Below the pieces are notes generated by a model. The model made no database searches. It worked only from the letters and a program-made list of their open reading frames with translations, and was not told the origin of the DNA. This document shows, piece by piece, positions 26,973-36,363 of a stretch of DNA of 64,000 nt. Both the position numbers and the translations under genes were made by a program. The stretch covers positions 4,717,060 to 4,781,059 of the forward strand of contig CP070751.1 in assembly GCA_020348445.1 (NCBI GenBank), given 5' to 3'. This DNA comes from Thermoplasmata archaeon (GTDB taxonomy: Archaea > Thermoplasmatota > Thermoplasmata > GCA-020350865). Every line of letters starts with the position of its first letter. Position 1 is the stretch's first letter.

Positions 26973-27143
26973 TTGGCTTTTATAATCCAATTCAATCGAT
27001 ACCCTGATTTTGCCGACGTGATAAGAGATGAGCATATTAAAGAGATTAGAAAAAATCTGATTTTCATCAATATAACTGCTCTCATCTTTCTTACCATCTT
27101 TATTAGGATTAACCACGCCCTTAATAAAAAGTTGTATCGGTAA
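26973..27143 (+). CDS. Possible small hydrophobic protein (56 aa)
   Basis: TTG start just after a GAGGTG Shine-Dalgarno, hydrophobic segment LIFINITALIFLTIFI, and a stop abutting the convergent gene. No family recognised. Confidence 0.25.
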   Translation: MAFIIQFNRYPDFADVIRDEHIKEIRKNLIFINITALIFLTIFIRINHALNKKLYR

Positions 27144-27144
27144 T

Positions 27145-27732
27145 TTATCCTTCCTTTTCAATATGCTCTTTGATCAGAACATTTACAGAATTTACTAAAG
27201 TGTTGAGGCTATCCACAGCTCTCGTCAATTCTTCCCTTGTCCTTGTTTGCTCTTTATTCATCGAAATCAATGTTTCTGAAACGATCCCGTATTTTTCATC
27301 TAATTTGTTGAAATGCTCATCAGTGTGAACGGTAAGGTTATCAACCTTTTGCCCTACTTCCTCCACTTTTTGACCTACACAATCAATCTTTTGACCTAAC
27401 CGATTGAAGTGCTTTCCGGCTGTGGCATATCCCTGGAACATTTCATATGCTAAATCACCGGTCTTCACTTCAAATCTCTTGAATTCCCCCTTTGGCTTGC
27501 TGAAATTTCGCCTTACAGACTCCACATAAACCATGTCGTTCTTCAGTCTGATTTTTTCAGAGAATTCATCTATGGCTTTTCTTTCGCCTTCGCACACTAT
27601 TCTGACCTCCCCATCTGTGAGGTTCTCGATATATCCGACCAATTTTAACTTTTGAGCAGTTCTCATGATAAATGCTCTATAGCCGGCTTCCTGCACATCG
27701 CCTCTTATCTTTAAAATGGCCCTTGTTTTCAT
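27145..27732 (-). CDS. Acylphosphatase-domain protein with C-terminal coiled coil
   Basis: IRGDVQEAGYRAFI and GYIENLTDGEVRIVCEG retain the catalytic Arg and Asn. About 100 aa heptad tail. Own TATA (GAAACTTATTAA) and GGAGA Shine-Dalgarno. Confidence 0.8.
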   Translation of the reverse strand: MKTRAILKIRGDVQEAGYRAFIMRTAQKLKLVGYIENLTDGEVRIVCEGERKAIDEFSEKIRLKNDMVYVESVRRNFSKPKGEFKRFEVKTGDLAYEMFQGYATAGKHFNRLGQKIDCVGQKVEEVGQKVDNLTVHTDEHFNKLDEKYGIVSETLISMNKEQTRTREELTRAVDSLNTLVNSVNVLIKEHIEKEG

Positions 27733-27809
27733 AATCTCCAGAAGCGCCCTATTGCTTTTTAGAATTAATAAGTTTCGGTCTTAAAAGATATATTACGTCA
27801 GCGTTTATC

Positions 27810-27857
27810 TCAAGATAAATGTTCAACATACAGCTCAATTTCTTTTGGCTCGTACAT
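27810..27857 (-). pseudogene. Probable 5' stub of a lost toxin (nucleotidyltransferase) gene, MYEPKEIELYVEHLS*
   Basis: ATG overlaps the last 23 nt of the antitoxin gene in another frame and stops after 15 codons. Identity is inferred from position only. Confidence 0.35.
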
Positions 27858-28422
27858 ACTTTTTAACCATTATATCATAAGCTTCTTGACAAACCCCGCC
27901 CTCTCTTTTTAGGTCTAACAAGACCTGTGGAGTTGAAGCGACCCACAATCCCTTTATTTTTTGCTTTTTATAGAGAACATGGGGATCGTAAACGAGTAAT
28001 CTGAAATTACCTTTGCCAACTAATCCTTTTTTCACAATTTTATCTTTCCACTTAGGAATATCGTCTTTCACAACATATATATCTGCACTTGACGGGAATA
28101 AATAATGATTGAGTAGGTTTTCAGCAAAGTATGTTGTTAGAGCATAATCCATATCAATTTTTTTTAAGAACTTGGATGGTGAATCCATAAAAAAATCATA
28201 ATGCAATGGCTTTCTTGATATGGATTCCCAGATATCCAATAGACTTTCTATTTTAACAACTTTGGTTTCTTTAACGAGTCTTCTTTTCTGTAGAGTTTGC
28301 AGATATTCGATCGTCCAGCTAGTGGAGGTTTCCGAGAGTTTTGCAACTCGGTATTTAGTGAGGGTACCATTAGGTTCATTGAGAAGAACGCGGAGGATCC
28401 GTTCCCTTTTTTCACCATGCAT
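27835..28422 (-). CDS. Winged-HTH protein with an AbiEi-like C-terminal domain (type IV toxin-antitoxin antitoxin-like)
   Basis: N-terminal HTH (LTKYRVAKLSETSTSWTIEYLQTL), then YALTTYFAENLL...ADIYV and VASTPQVLLDLKREGG, typical of AbiEi-like C-terminal domains. Confidence 0.7.
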   Translation of the reverse strand: MHGEKRERILRVLLNEPNGTLTKYRVAKLSETSTSWTIEYLQTLQKRRLVKETKVVKIESLLDIWESISRKPLHYDFFMDSPSKFLKKIDMDYALTTYFAENLLNHYLFPSSADIYVVKDDIPKWKDKIVKKGLVGKGNFRLLVYDPHVLYKKQKIKGLWVASTPQVLLDLKREGGVCQEAYDIMVKKYVRAKRN

Positions 28423-28423
28423 A

Positions 28424-28503
28424 ATATGTCGGAAAGGTTATACGTTTATAAAGGTTTCCGATATATCGGAGTTAAGAGTTATTTAAATAGGTTTCCGATA
28501 TAT
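28424..28503 (-). promoter_or_regulatory. Promoter and operator of the antitoxin gene
   Basis: TTTATAAA at 28445-28452, perfect palindrome tccgatatatcgga at 28457-28470, direct repeat aggtttccgatatat at 28452-28466 and 28489-28503, and inverted copy atatgtcggaaa at 28424-28435. Confidence 0.75.
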
Positions 28504-28566
28504 TTGTATTAATTATAAGACTCAATTATATAAACGCTTGTATCAATACATCTAAAATTAGTTTCA

Positions 28567-29424
28567 TTATTCTTTTTCCTCGGGAGTTATCTTATCTTCA
28601 GGTTCTCCTTTCGTCTTGGTTGGCTCTTTTGAACCTAACTTTCTTGAGGCCAAGATTATGGCCACCAGAGCTACAATTATGCCTAAGATTCCCGATCCCA
28701 TGGCTGTATAGACAAGATTATTGTCCGGATCCTTCTCAATTATTGTCTCTTTCTCGGTGCTCTCAAGGATTTCTATTTCTTTTGTAAGATTGTTTATCTC
28801 TAACCAAAGCTCTGCATTTTCAGATTCAAGTTGAAGCATCGAATTGTTTAATTCATTTATCCTTTTATCGAGTTGGTTTATTTGCTGTTTAAGGTCATTG
28901 ATTTGAAATTGAAGTTCTTCAAGATTAGAAGCAGTTGGGGTATAGTTTATGATTATATCGTTGAAATAGAAATTATTTGTCCCACTTTCCGAAATGGAAA
29001 GGTGTATATTATCTAACGAACAATTTAAACTCAAGAATATATCGTCATTAATTTCAGCGCCCCAATATATATCATACTCGTACAATTCGATTTCTAGACT
29101 ATAATTTGACCTTCCTCCCCCAAAGCTCGATTTTACTGTGATGTTATTGACAAATATGGGATATGTAAATTGAAGCCAAAAATGATTGGAAAATTCACTG
29201 CTATCTTCATAAATAATACCTGAACTTAAATCACCGTCAAATATTTTTGTTGCATTAGTGGGGTCACCATTTAAATAGACTCCTGAGGTAAAAGGAGTAT
29301 TAATAGCATCTGATTCTACAATTTCACCTATATCGAAAGTCTCAGCATTTGTTCCAGGTAAAACCAAACAGCTGAAAATGCCGATCATCGATAATATTGC
29401 ACAAAGTCTTCCTCTGTTTTTCAT
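28567..29424 (-). CDS. Hypothetical membrane-anchored exported protein: beta-sandwich-like domain, coiled coil, C-terminal TM helix
   Basis: ATG at 29424 preceded by GAGGGA. Signal peptide, KIFDGDLSSG (discoidin-like), heptads LQFQINDLKQQINQLDKRINEL and a TM helix. AT-rich coding sequence. Confidence 0.7.
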   Translation of the reverse strand: MKNRGRLCAILSMIGIFSCLVLPGTNAETFDIGEIVESDAINTPFTSGVYLNGDPTNATKIFDGDLSSGIIYEDSSEFSNHFWLQFTYPIFVNNITVKSSFGGGRSNYSLEIELYEYDIYWGAEINDDIFLSLNCSLDNIHLSISESGTNNFYFNDIIINYTPTASNLEELQFQINDLKQQINQLDKRINELNNSMLQLESENAELWLEINNLTKEIEILESTEKETIIEKDPDNNLVYTAMGSGILGIIVALVAIILASRKLGSKEPTKTKGEPEDKITPEEKE

Positions 29425-29701
29425 GATATCCCTCAATTTGTATATCACAATTGTTGTTAATATAATTTATTAGAAGAGGATTTAGGCGGTAGATAAAAAG
29501 AATAGGGCAAGTGATATTCCATACATTATTTATAGAAGAGGTTTTGATGTTCCGTAACGATGATTAAATAGTACTATTTCCGAAGGGCGCGCCCGTTTAA
29601 TAGTAAAAGCTGGGGATTACATTTAAATTGGGCCAAAAAACATTGCTCGGAGCAAATGTTTATATATGGGATTAATTTAATATTGTTATGAGGTTGGATA
29701 A

Positions 29702-31054
29702 ATGAATAGCGATAGGAAGAAGTTAGTAATTCGTATATTCTCGATTTTGTTGATAATTTTACTCTCGATTAAAGGATTGTTTTTAATCCCTTCTATGATA
29801 GACAACGCAACTTCTGAAGGATCGACAGAAATTAGTGGTTTCATATCATCGGATGCTGTATGGGCTTTGGAAAATAGTCCTTATATAATAATTGAAAACA
29901 CTTTAGTTGAAGAAAATGTCAATTTAACTATCGAACCTGGTGTAATCATTAAATTCAACTCAGATAAATATATACGTATTGATGGAACATTATATGCAGT
30001 AGGAACTGAATCAAATATAATTACTTTTACTTCAAATTCAAAATCACCTGAAAGAGGTGATTGGGGTAAAATACAAATCGAAAAAACCAGTAAAGATTCT
30101 ATTATAAAATATTGCAGAGTTGAATATTCATCAGAGGGAATTGATTGTAGCGCATTAATGATTTCTATAACAGATAGCACCTTTTATACCAATGGAAATG
30201 GGATTGATTTGCATGATTGCGACTCAATTATAATGAATAATGAATTTATCAACAATGAACTTGGAGTTAACGAGGGGAAAAATATAATTAACAATGTATT
30301 TATTAAGAATGGTCGAAGCATTCTCTATGGAGAAAATGTTACTAATAATATTGTTATAAATAATGATAGAGGAATTATAAATTCAAATCTTATACAAAAT
30401 AACTATATCCTTAATAATAATGGGGGTGTCGATATTGGGAGGAAAATTAAAGTCTATAATAACTATATTGTTAATAATAGTGAATATGGTATCAACATTT
30501 TAGGTTCGGCAAATGAAAATATCACGAATAATATTATTACGAATAATGAAATTGGAATAGAAATGGAACAGGGGGCAACTTCTCAAATAATGAATAACAA
30601 AATTGCTAATAATAAAATCGGAATTAATATTTACTTTAGTTCTTCTTCTAATGAAGATACAAATTTTACAATAAGAAATAATAATATCCAAGATAATATT
30701 GAGTATAATTTCCGAAATAGTGTAGAAAAAAAATATTATATGAATTATAACTGGTGGGGAACGACAGATACATCCTTAATAGATATATCTATTTATGATT
30801 ATCAAGATGATTTTGAATTAGGTAAAGTTGAATATTTACCAATCTTAGAATCACCAGTGGATGTTATACTTCAAAATATGCTCCCAATTTCAGAATTAGA
30901 TCTAAGTCAATATGATTTAGATGAACCCAAAGAGGATTCGGATGATGACTTCATAGATTTTCTTGGATCAGAATTCTTCATTGCAATTAGCGTAATTGTC
31001 ATTGTCTTAGGATTAAGTATATTCTTTTATAGAAGAAAAAGAAGAGATGTCTAG
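29702..31054 (+). CDS. Right-handed parallel beta-helix (pectin-lyase-like/NosD) surface protein with C-terminal TM helix and RRKRR
   Basis: SPYIII...LTIEPGVIIKF...GTLYAVGT...ITFTS...GDWGKI, Asn-ladder repeats and MNYNWWG. Very AT-rich. Confidence 0.85.
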   Translation: MNSDRKKLVIRIFSILLIILLSIKGLFLIPSMIDNATSEGSTEISGFISSDAVWALENSPYIIIENTLVEENVNLTIEPGVIIKFNSDKYIRIDGTLYAVGTESNIITFTSNSKSPERGDWGKIQIEKTSKDSIIKYCRVEYSSEGIDCSALMISITDSTFYTNGNGIDLHDCDSIIMNNEFINNELGVNEGKNIINNVFIKNGRSILYGENVTNNIVINNDRGIINSNLIQNNYILNNNGGVDIGRKIKVYNNYIVNNSEYGINILGSANENITNNIITNNEIGIEMEQGATSQIMNNKIANNKIGINIYFSSSSNEDTNFTIRNNNIQDNIEYNFRNSVEKKYYMNYNWWGTTDTSLIDISIYDYQDDFELGKVEYLPILESPVDVILQNMLPISELDLSQYDLDEPKEDSDDDFIDFLGSEFFIAISVIVIVLGLSIFFYRRKRRDV

Positions 31055-31070
31055 GGGACAACCCTATCCA

Positions 31071-32324
31071 TCAGCATCTATAATGCCCTTTTTCGTACAG
31101 CTTTTTCGAATGCTTCAAGGCCTCGATTACAGGCATGCTCTGACCTGCAAGATAAGTTATGCATGCCCCCCCGCCCGTGCTGATATGGTTGACCTTACCT
31201 TCCAAATTCAGGTTCCTTGCGGCAGCTACTGTCTCACCACCGCCAATTACTGAAAAACCCTTGGATTCTGCTATGGCATTGAAGATAATGGTCGTACCCA
31301 CCGCAAATTCCTCTATCTCAAATACACCTGCAGGACCGTTTAATATGATGTTCTTGGCTTCCAAGATTTGATTTCTGTAGTTAACAGCTGTATCCAACCC
31401 TATGTCAAATATCCTCGATTCTGCTGGTAGGTCCCCTAACGATAACCCTTTTCTTTCTCCGTTGTCATTTAGTACTAAGTCAGCGGGCACGTCTATTTTA
31501 CTGCTGTGCTCACTATCCAGGGCTTTTGCCTGCTCCGTGAGCTCCTCGTATTTACCTACCTCCTTTTCGAGGAACGAGATGTTCGGCTCTCCAAGATCAT
31601 GCCCCCTGGCAAGTAAGAAGATATTGGCAACAACACCTGTTGTGAGTACTCGATCAACTACATCATTCTCCAACATGTTTCTCATTACCTCTATGGTGTC
31701 GAAAACCTTTATCCCGCCAAGAACGGCGATACTTGGCCGCTCGTTACTGTGCATAGCCTTCTGAAGCATTGAAATCTCCCTTTCCATGACCTTTCCTGCA
31801 AGGCATGGCAGAACCTCGGTAAATCCAGTAAGCGAAGGTTGAGCCCTGTGCGCAGCAGCAAAGGCATCGTTTATAAAATAATCTCCAAGCTCAGCAAGAT
31901 GGGAAACCATGTGACTTTCTGCCTGGGATGCAAAATCCTTGCCCTTTAACAAATGCTCCTCTGCATAGAACCTCACGTTCTCCAAAAGGATCCTTTCGCC
32001 CTTTTTCATGTTTTGAACCTTGGTGAGGGCCTTGCTTCCAAAGAAATCGTCGATATAAGTGACCTTCTTACCGAGCCTTTTGGTGATTTGCTTTGCATGC
32101 TTTTTCAAGTTAGTAAAATCCCTTTTGCCTGGTCTGCTCTGATGGGCAAGCAAAACGACCTTGGACTCCGAGAGTTCCTTTATGGTCTTTATATGGTTCC
32201 GAATCCTGGTATCGTCTAAAATTTCACCTGTCAAGGGATTTATAGGGGAATTGATATCCACTCTGACTAAAACGGTCTTTCCCTTCAAATCGAAATCGTC
32301 GATTGTCAGTATTTCCTTGGGCAT
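31071..32324 (-). CDS. pgk: Phosphoglycerate kinase
   Basis: VLVRVDINSP, LAHQSRPG, LLENVRF, INDAFAAAHR, NGPAGVFE and HISTGGGA. Confidence 0.97.
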   Translation of the reverse strand: MPKEILTIDDFDLKGKTVLVRVDINSPINPLTGEILDDTRIRNHIKTIKELSESKVVLLAHQSRPGKRDFTNLKKHAKQITKRLGKKVTYIDDFFGSKALTKVQNMKKGERILLENVRFYAEEHLLKGKDFASQAESHMVSHLAELGDYFINDAFAAAHRAQPSLTGFTEVLPCLAGKVMEREISMLQKAMHSNERPSIAVLGGIKVFDTIEVMRNMLENDVVDRVLTTGVVANIFLLARGHDLGEPNISFLEKEVGKYEELTEQAKALDSEHSSKIDVPADLVLNDNGERKGLSLGDLPAESRIFDIGLDTAVNYRNQILEAKNIILNGPAGVFEIEEFAVGTTIIFNAIAESKGFSVIGGGETVAAARNLNLEGKVNHISTGGGACITYLAGQSMPVIEALKHSKKLYEKGHYRC

Positions 32325-32442
32325 GTTTTCGGTGGATTATACATTAGTGGTATATAAAAATGTTTAGGAGTTTATAAAGGTCCTAGCCTTTGACTGGCAT
32401 ATATCAGCAACATTTAAAAGCATCTATTATCATAGACATCCA

Positions 32443-33231
32443 ATGTCCACTTTAATTGATCTGAAAGGCAGTCCCAATCCCAAAATAATTGGCAGGGCTA
32501 TATACAGCTATGAGGTTTTAGGCTCCACGAACATCCAGGCAAAGGATTTGGCAGAATCAGAAGCTGAGGATGGTACCGTTGTCATTGCGAAAATTCAGAG
32601 TGAGGGTAAGGCGAGGCGAAATCGGAATTGGATATCGCCGGAAGGTGGTTTATGGCTTTCAGTGATACTAAGGCCGAATATCCCTCCTCAAAAGGCCACC
32701 TTGGTAACACTTATGGCGGCAAATGCTGTTGATGAAACTCTTTCTGAATATGGTCTTAAGGCCAAAATAAAATGGCCCAATGATGTTCTTATAGACGGCA
32801 AGAAGGTATGCGGGATTCTCACTGAGGCAAAGACTAAAGAAAATGAGATAGAATATCTTGTTCTGGGAATTGGAATCAATGCGAATTTCGATTTAAGTGA
32901 ATTACCTGAGGATATCAGAGGGGCTTCCACTACGATAAAAAATGAATTAAAAAGGGATATCTCCCAGGATGAATTGCTTCAAAGGTTATTAGGACATGTG
33001 AATAAGTATTATGAAGGGCTCCTTGCTTCTGATTTTCAAAAAATTGTAAAAACTTGGAAGGAAAAAAGTGATACACTGGGAAGGCATGTGAAAATCACAA
33101 CTCAGATGGAGAGTATCCAGGGCATAGCTCAGGATATAGACGATACAGGGGCTCTGATATTAAAGAGGGATGACGGTGATATACAGAAATTATTTGCAGG
33201 GGATTGTGTATATTTACGGAATGTTGAATAG
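32443..33231 (+). CDS. birA: Biotin--protein ligase without an HTH domain
   Basis: STN, GKARRNRNWISPEGGLWLS, KWPNDVLIDGKKVCGILTE, LGIGINAN and C-terminal SH3-like GIAQDIDDTGALIL. Confidence 0.92.
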   Translation: MSTLIDLKGSPNPKIIGRAIYSYEVLGSTNIQAKDLAESEAEDGTVVIAKIQSEGKARRNRNWISPEGGLWLSVILRPNIPPQKATLVTLMAANAVDETLSEYGLKAKIKWPNDVLIDGKKVCGILTEAKTKENEIEYLVLGIGINANFDLSELPEDIRGASTTIKNELKRDISQDELLQRLLGHVNKYYEGLLASDFQKIVKTWKEKSDTLGRHVKITTQMESIQGIAQDIDDTGALILKRDDGDIQKLFAGDCVYLRNVE

Positions 33232-33252
33232 AAAAAGAAGTTGGGATATGAC

Positions 33253-34362
33253 ATGGATGTAGTAGAGTTAACAAAAAAGCTCGTTGAAATCCAGAGTGTG
33301 ACAGGTAATGAAACCGAAATTGGAGAGTTCATTACTTCAGAATTAGATGATCCCAATGTAGAAATGCAAAAGGTTGCAGGTTTTGGTCCCAATGTTATTG
33401 CTAAACATATAACAAAGCCCGAAGACCCTATCATCATCCTGAACTGCCACATGGACACAGTGGAGGTCATGCAAGGTTGGGAATCTGATCCCTTCACTCC
33501 AAAAATCGAAGGTAATAAATTGTACGGTCTTGGAGCATGCGATATGAAGGCCGGAGTTGCAATTGCCATTGATGTCTTTAAGAAAGCACAAGAAATGGAC
33601 AAGAATATTGTATTTACTGCAGTCTCGGACGAGGAAGGAAACAGCAAGGGCTCTTATGTCCTTCTACAAAAAATGAAACAGGAAGAACTCAAGGGAGATA
33701 ACTCAAATTTGCTTTGCCTGATACCCGAGGATACCGAGGAACACGTGAAGCTTGGAGCTAGAGGAAGATACGTAATCGATATAGATGTTTTTGGCTGCTC
33801 TGCCCACGGAGCCACTCCTGAATGCGGTACAAATGCAATAGTCAAGTCCACCAAGATTGTAGATGGGCTTAATGATCTACCCTTAGCTGAGCATCCGATC
33901 ATGGGAAAGGGCTCATTTTGTATCTTAAAAATAGAGGGTGGGGGAGATTCCCTATCAGTTCCTGATAGGTGTACCATTAGAGTGGACAGGCATACGGTAC
34001 CTGGAGAGGATAAAAGCAAAATAATAGAAGACTTTGATAATCTACTTAAAAAACTGAATTTAAATTGTGAATACAAACTATCCTTCATAAAGAGGGAAAC
34101 TCCATTCTTAGAGCCTTATATCCTTGACAAAGAAAATCCCTGGGCAGTTAAATTTCTTTCAGCATATAGGGAGTATTGTGAAAAAGAGGCCCCAATTGCC
34201 TATGGAAGATCTGTGGGGGATTTCAATGCCTTTGGATGCCTCATGCCCACCATCGTTTTTGGCCCTATGGGGGAGAATGTCCACGGTTCAAATGAATGTG
34301 TCTTTATAGATTCAATAAAAAGGTGCAGGGATCTTTATCTTAAGTTCTTAGAGGGATTATAA
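33253..34362 (+). CDS. M20 family metallohydrolase (ArgE/DapE-like)
   Basis: NCHMDTV, GLGACDMKAG, DEE, SAHGATPECG and ENVHGSNE. Alternative TTG start at 33241. Confidence 0.9.
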   Translation: MDVVELTKKLVEIQSVTGNETEIGEFITSELDDPNVEMQKVAGFGPNVIAKHITKPEDPIIILNCHMDTVEVMQGWESDPFTPKIEGNKLYGLGACDMKAGVAIAIDVFKKAQEMDKNIVFTAVSDEEGNSKGSYVLLQKMKQEELKGDNSNLLCLIPEDTEEHVKLGARGRYVIDIDVFGCSAHGATPECGTNAIVKSTKIVDGLNDLPLAEHPIMGKGSFCILKIEGGGDSLSVPDRCTIRVDRHTVPGEDKSKIIEDFDNLLKKLNLNCEYKLSFIKRETPFLEPYILDKENPWAVKFLSAYREYCEKEAPIAYGRSVGDFNAFGCLMPTIVFGPMGENVHGSNECVFIDSIKRCRDLYLKFLEGL

Positions 34363-34373
34363 ATTTGAAATAA

Positions 34374-35411
34374 TTATGTAGTGGCTTGACTACTTGAGCA
34401 CTCTTTTTTTCCGTTTGCAAAGATGTCATCATAGTACGGTTTTATTGCAGATAGGAATTCCTTGACCGAGGTAAAGGAGTTAGTTGCATAGTATTGGTAC
34501 CACCCGCAGCGTCTTTCGCAGATTCTCATCTGGTCCCTGTAACGTGCCGCTTCCTCGGATTTGAGGTATTCCATAAGAGAGGTCTTTGTGAGATCGCATG
34601 TCTTCTGCCCAAGGATTCGGCATGGATAGAATATCACGCCATCGCAGTCTATTATGATGGAGGACGTTGAGCAGCCGTGGGGCATGTTGATTCTGTCCAG
34701 GTAACCATATGGAGTTGTAATCGTGTTTTTATAGGTTTTCTTCAGCCTGCTGATTTCCTTTCTAAAATCATCTGTGTTTGGGTAGAAATTCTTTGTTCTG
34801 TCCAGATGAACTGCAGGCATAATCACGGTCCTGGCATTGGCCTTGTAAACCTTCCTAACCTTATCCTCAAGTGCACCCAATTCCTCGTGGGTTACCACGG
34901 TTTGTACACACACTGGTGCATATACCTGGAATTCCTCAAGACGCTCCAGCATATCCAAATTTTTATGGCCCTCGTCTATACTTATGTGCAGATAATCGAT
35001 ATATTTGCCGTACTCCTCCATGGGTGCCTTATCCAGAAGTAGCCCATTGGTTGTGAAAAACAGATAAAAGGGTTTTGTTGCCGCATATCTGAGTATTTCG
35101 CCGAGATCATCTCTTCTGAGGGGTTCGCCTCCCTCCAGGCTCAGTAAGGTGATACTGGAATTTCCCAGATTGTCCAGGACGTTAAACACTTCCTCTGTTG
35201 GAAGAACTGGTGTTTTTTCCATCCAGACATTGCAGAATTTACATCTCATATTGCATTTGTTGGTTATCTTGTACGAAGCGTAGAAGGGGTAAATAGCCTC
35301 TTTTCTGAAATAATTGCTTGCGATATGACCCGCAATCTTCGAGTACTTTGTTATTGGAAGAAGCCTCATATACATCCCACAAAAGCCAACTTTGGGCCTT
35401 TTATTGCCCAT
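34374..35411 (-). CDS. Radical SAM protein with a C-terminal SPASM/twitch-like Cys region (PqqE-like, possibly PTO1314-like)
   Basis: CNMRCKFC, LEGGEP, TTNG and ISIDEG, with C-terminal C...FYPC...CERRC. A TATA 18-25 nt upstream supports a leaderless start. Confidence 0.85.
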   Translation of the reverse strand: MGNKRPKVGFCGMYMRLLPITKYSKIAGHIASNYFRKEAIYPFYASYKITNKCNMRCKFCNVWMEKTPVLPTEEVFNVLDNLGNSSITLLSLEGGEPLRRDDLGEILRYAATKPFYLFFTTNGLLLDKAPMEEYGKYIDYLHISIDEGHKNLDMLERLEEFQVYAPVCVQTVVTHEELGALEDKVRKVYKANARTVIMPAVHLDRTKNFYPNTDDFRKEISRLKKTYKNTITTPYGYLDRINMPHGCSTSSIIIDCDGVIFYPCRILGQKTCDLTKTSLMEYLKSEEAARYRDQMRICERRCGWYQYYATNSFTSVKEFLSAIKPYYDDIFANGKKECSSSQATT

Positions 35412-36363
35412 AATAAGGATTTATGGCATATAATATTTTTGATTATTTATTTAGTGGTAATATTGACGTTGTTTTCCTATATTTATGGCTTTAGATTTTA
35501 ATAATGATCAACAATTAAAACAATTCTCTTTATTTCTCATTATATCTTGTTATAAGGTGGTGGGGATGAGTAAACCCTCAACCCAGGGCGATGGACCAAA
35601 TCTCAGGAGGAATTCACCTCTATCAATGAAGCATCGAATAGGATGCCTTCTTCCTCGTGTACAATCCGTAACAGATATGTCGAATCAATTGATTCCGATT
35701 TGGCAGCCGACACCTTAAGAAGCTTATACAATTCCCTATCAACACGAGGTTGAATGGAACCTGCCTAACATCTTTTAGATGATGACTGTCGAACCGATTT
35801 CAGATCGATTAAACGATCGGCACCGATTTTGGAGACAATCAAGAGGTACGTTTCAACAGAGATTGATTCACACACTTGGTTTGCCCTCAAAGCAGGTTGA
35901 GAATCAAAAAATGAGCATTGATCGCCAGAAGGGAAATCATGCCCCAATGAAGGTGAACCTCCATTTTCGATTCCAAACCAAAGTACCGATTACTATTGCG
36001 GATGCGACGATCTCTTGGGATGGATTGCTCCCTCCCAATCAATCGAATATACACTCGATCAGGTTTTTCAAGTTGGTGAAAGACCAGCTTGTATCGCCTT
36101 GTAAGAGAAAACACTCAGACATCACATATGATGAAAGGGTATCTTCTCAATTGGTAAAAGGGTTCAATACAAACCGCAAAGGTTCGTATTTTTTCAGTAG
36201 CAGTTACGGATCCGGCACGCACCAATTATGCCTTGTTGCGCGCGTAACTAGACATTTGATTGGTGGTGTGAACTTACTACCTACCCTCCCCACCAAAACC
36301 TATATGAGTTTGCGAAGTAATAAATCTTTTGTTACTCCTCTAAAAAAGATCCCAATATCCTTT

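Noticed and set aside
26894-27161. Minus-strand ORFs 26894-27097 and 26940-27161 as integrase remnants
   Set aside because: No tyrosine- or serine-recombinase motifs recognised.
35600-35625. ggaggaattcacc resembling the RNase P RNA 5' conserved element
   Set aside because: Imperfect match, and the complementary 3' P4 element was not found.
35765-35767. In-frame TAG as a possible pyrrolysine codon
   Set aside because: No pyl genes in the window and no recognisable protein spanning the stop; simple decay is more parsimonious.
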